Below, one piece after another: positions 63,556 to 64,000 of a DNA stretch of 64,000 bases. This DNA comes from Bigelowiella natans CCMP2755 (Eukaryota > Protista > Cercozoa). Under the pieces are notes generated by a model, which had not been told where the DNA came from, searched no databases, and saw only the letters and a list, made by a program, of their open reading frames with translations. Location: the NCBI GenBank assembly GCA_000320545.1, contig ADNK01002286.1, positions 1 to 64,000 of the forward strand, read 5' to 3'. The translations under genes were made by a program, and so were the position numbers. Within the stretch, counting starts at the first letter, position 1; each line of letters starts with the position of its first letter.

Positions 63556-64000
63556 ATAACAACATAAGACAAAACTTGCAGATAGCTCGATAAATTGAAA
63601 GGACCATCATCGTCGTTCGATCGTTCACCTACCTGTTGCTCCACCTGGAGGGATGTTTCCCCCACCTGGGCCTCTTCCAAAAGCTGCAGCAGCAGCCGCC
63701 GCCGCCGCAGCAGCTGCCGCCCCTGCACCTCCTGCTACCTGCCCTTGGCCTTGGGGCATGAAGCTGACGGGGGTGGGAAGATTAGAAGAAAACGACGTTC
63801 GCATTGCTATGAGGGTTGAGTACTTGTTCTATGGGGTGAAGCATGCTGTGATCTAGTGTGATAAAAACATCATCATCATCATCATCATCAACAACAACAA
63901 CAACAACATAGTTGCGACAACACGTCCATACCCTGCAACTTGCGCGCCTGTTTGTTGGTTCATCTTCTGATATATCAGGCTGAGAGCTAGCTGGTGTTGC
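63165..64000 (-). CDS. 3' exons of a gene with an Ala/Gly/Tyr-rich low-complexity tail, possibly a KH-domain RNA-binding protein
   Basis: Spliced exons QHQLALSLIYQKMNQQTGAQVAG | FMPQGQGQVAGGAGA(n)FGRGPGGG... | GAPGAADLAAQAAALYG | YGTQYQGYY*. The first resembles the last helix of a KH domain. Confidence 0.6.

Overview
Eukaryotic nuclear DNA with many introns that are full of microsatellites. Two genes have bipartite signal+transit leaders, one of them a green-lineage ENH1-type PDZ-rubredoxin, which points to an alga with a secondary green plastid, most likely a chlorarachniophyte (inference). About 15 genes alternate strand almost perfectly: unknown(+), WDR27(-), ENH1-like(+), Spinster-like MFS(-), carotenoid oxygenase(+), eIF2B-gamma(-), acid ceramidase/NAAA(+), fatty-acid elongase(-), PAN-like relic(+), Osm1/Frd1-type fumarate reductase(-), WWE-kinase-UBA(+), hypothetical(-), NHL propeller(+), possible hypothetical(-), possible KH protein 3' end(-). 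The most striking signal is non-coding. Tail-to-tail intergenic DNA and dead genes are stripped of TpA, with one TA in about 1,100 bp at 26451-27549, while CpG remains abundant. The TAs that survive are mostly in CTAG/CTA/TAG context. A Kelch pseudogene in that tract reads KICAVGGCD/HICAVGGCD where the family consensus is (K/Y)IYAVGGYD. Together this suggests a targeted TpA->TpG/CpA (A:T->G:C) hypermutation process, opposite in direction to fungal RIP. All exon structures and counts were done by eye, and no databases were searched.
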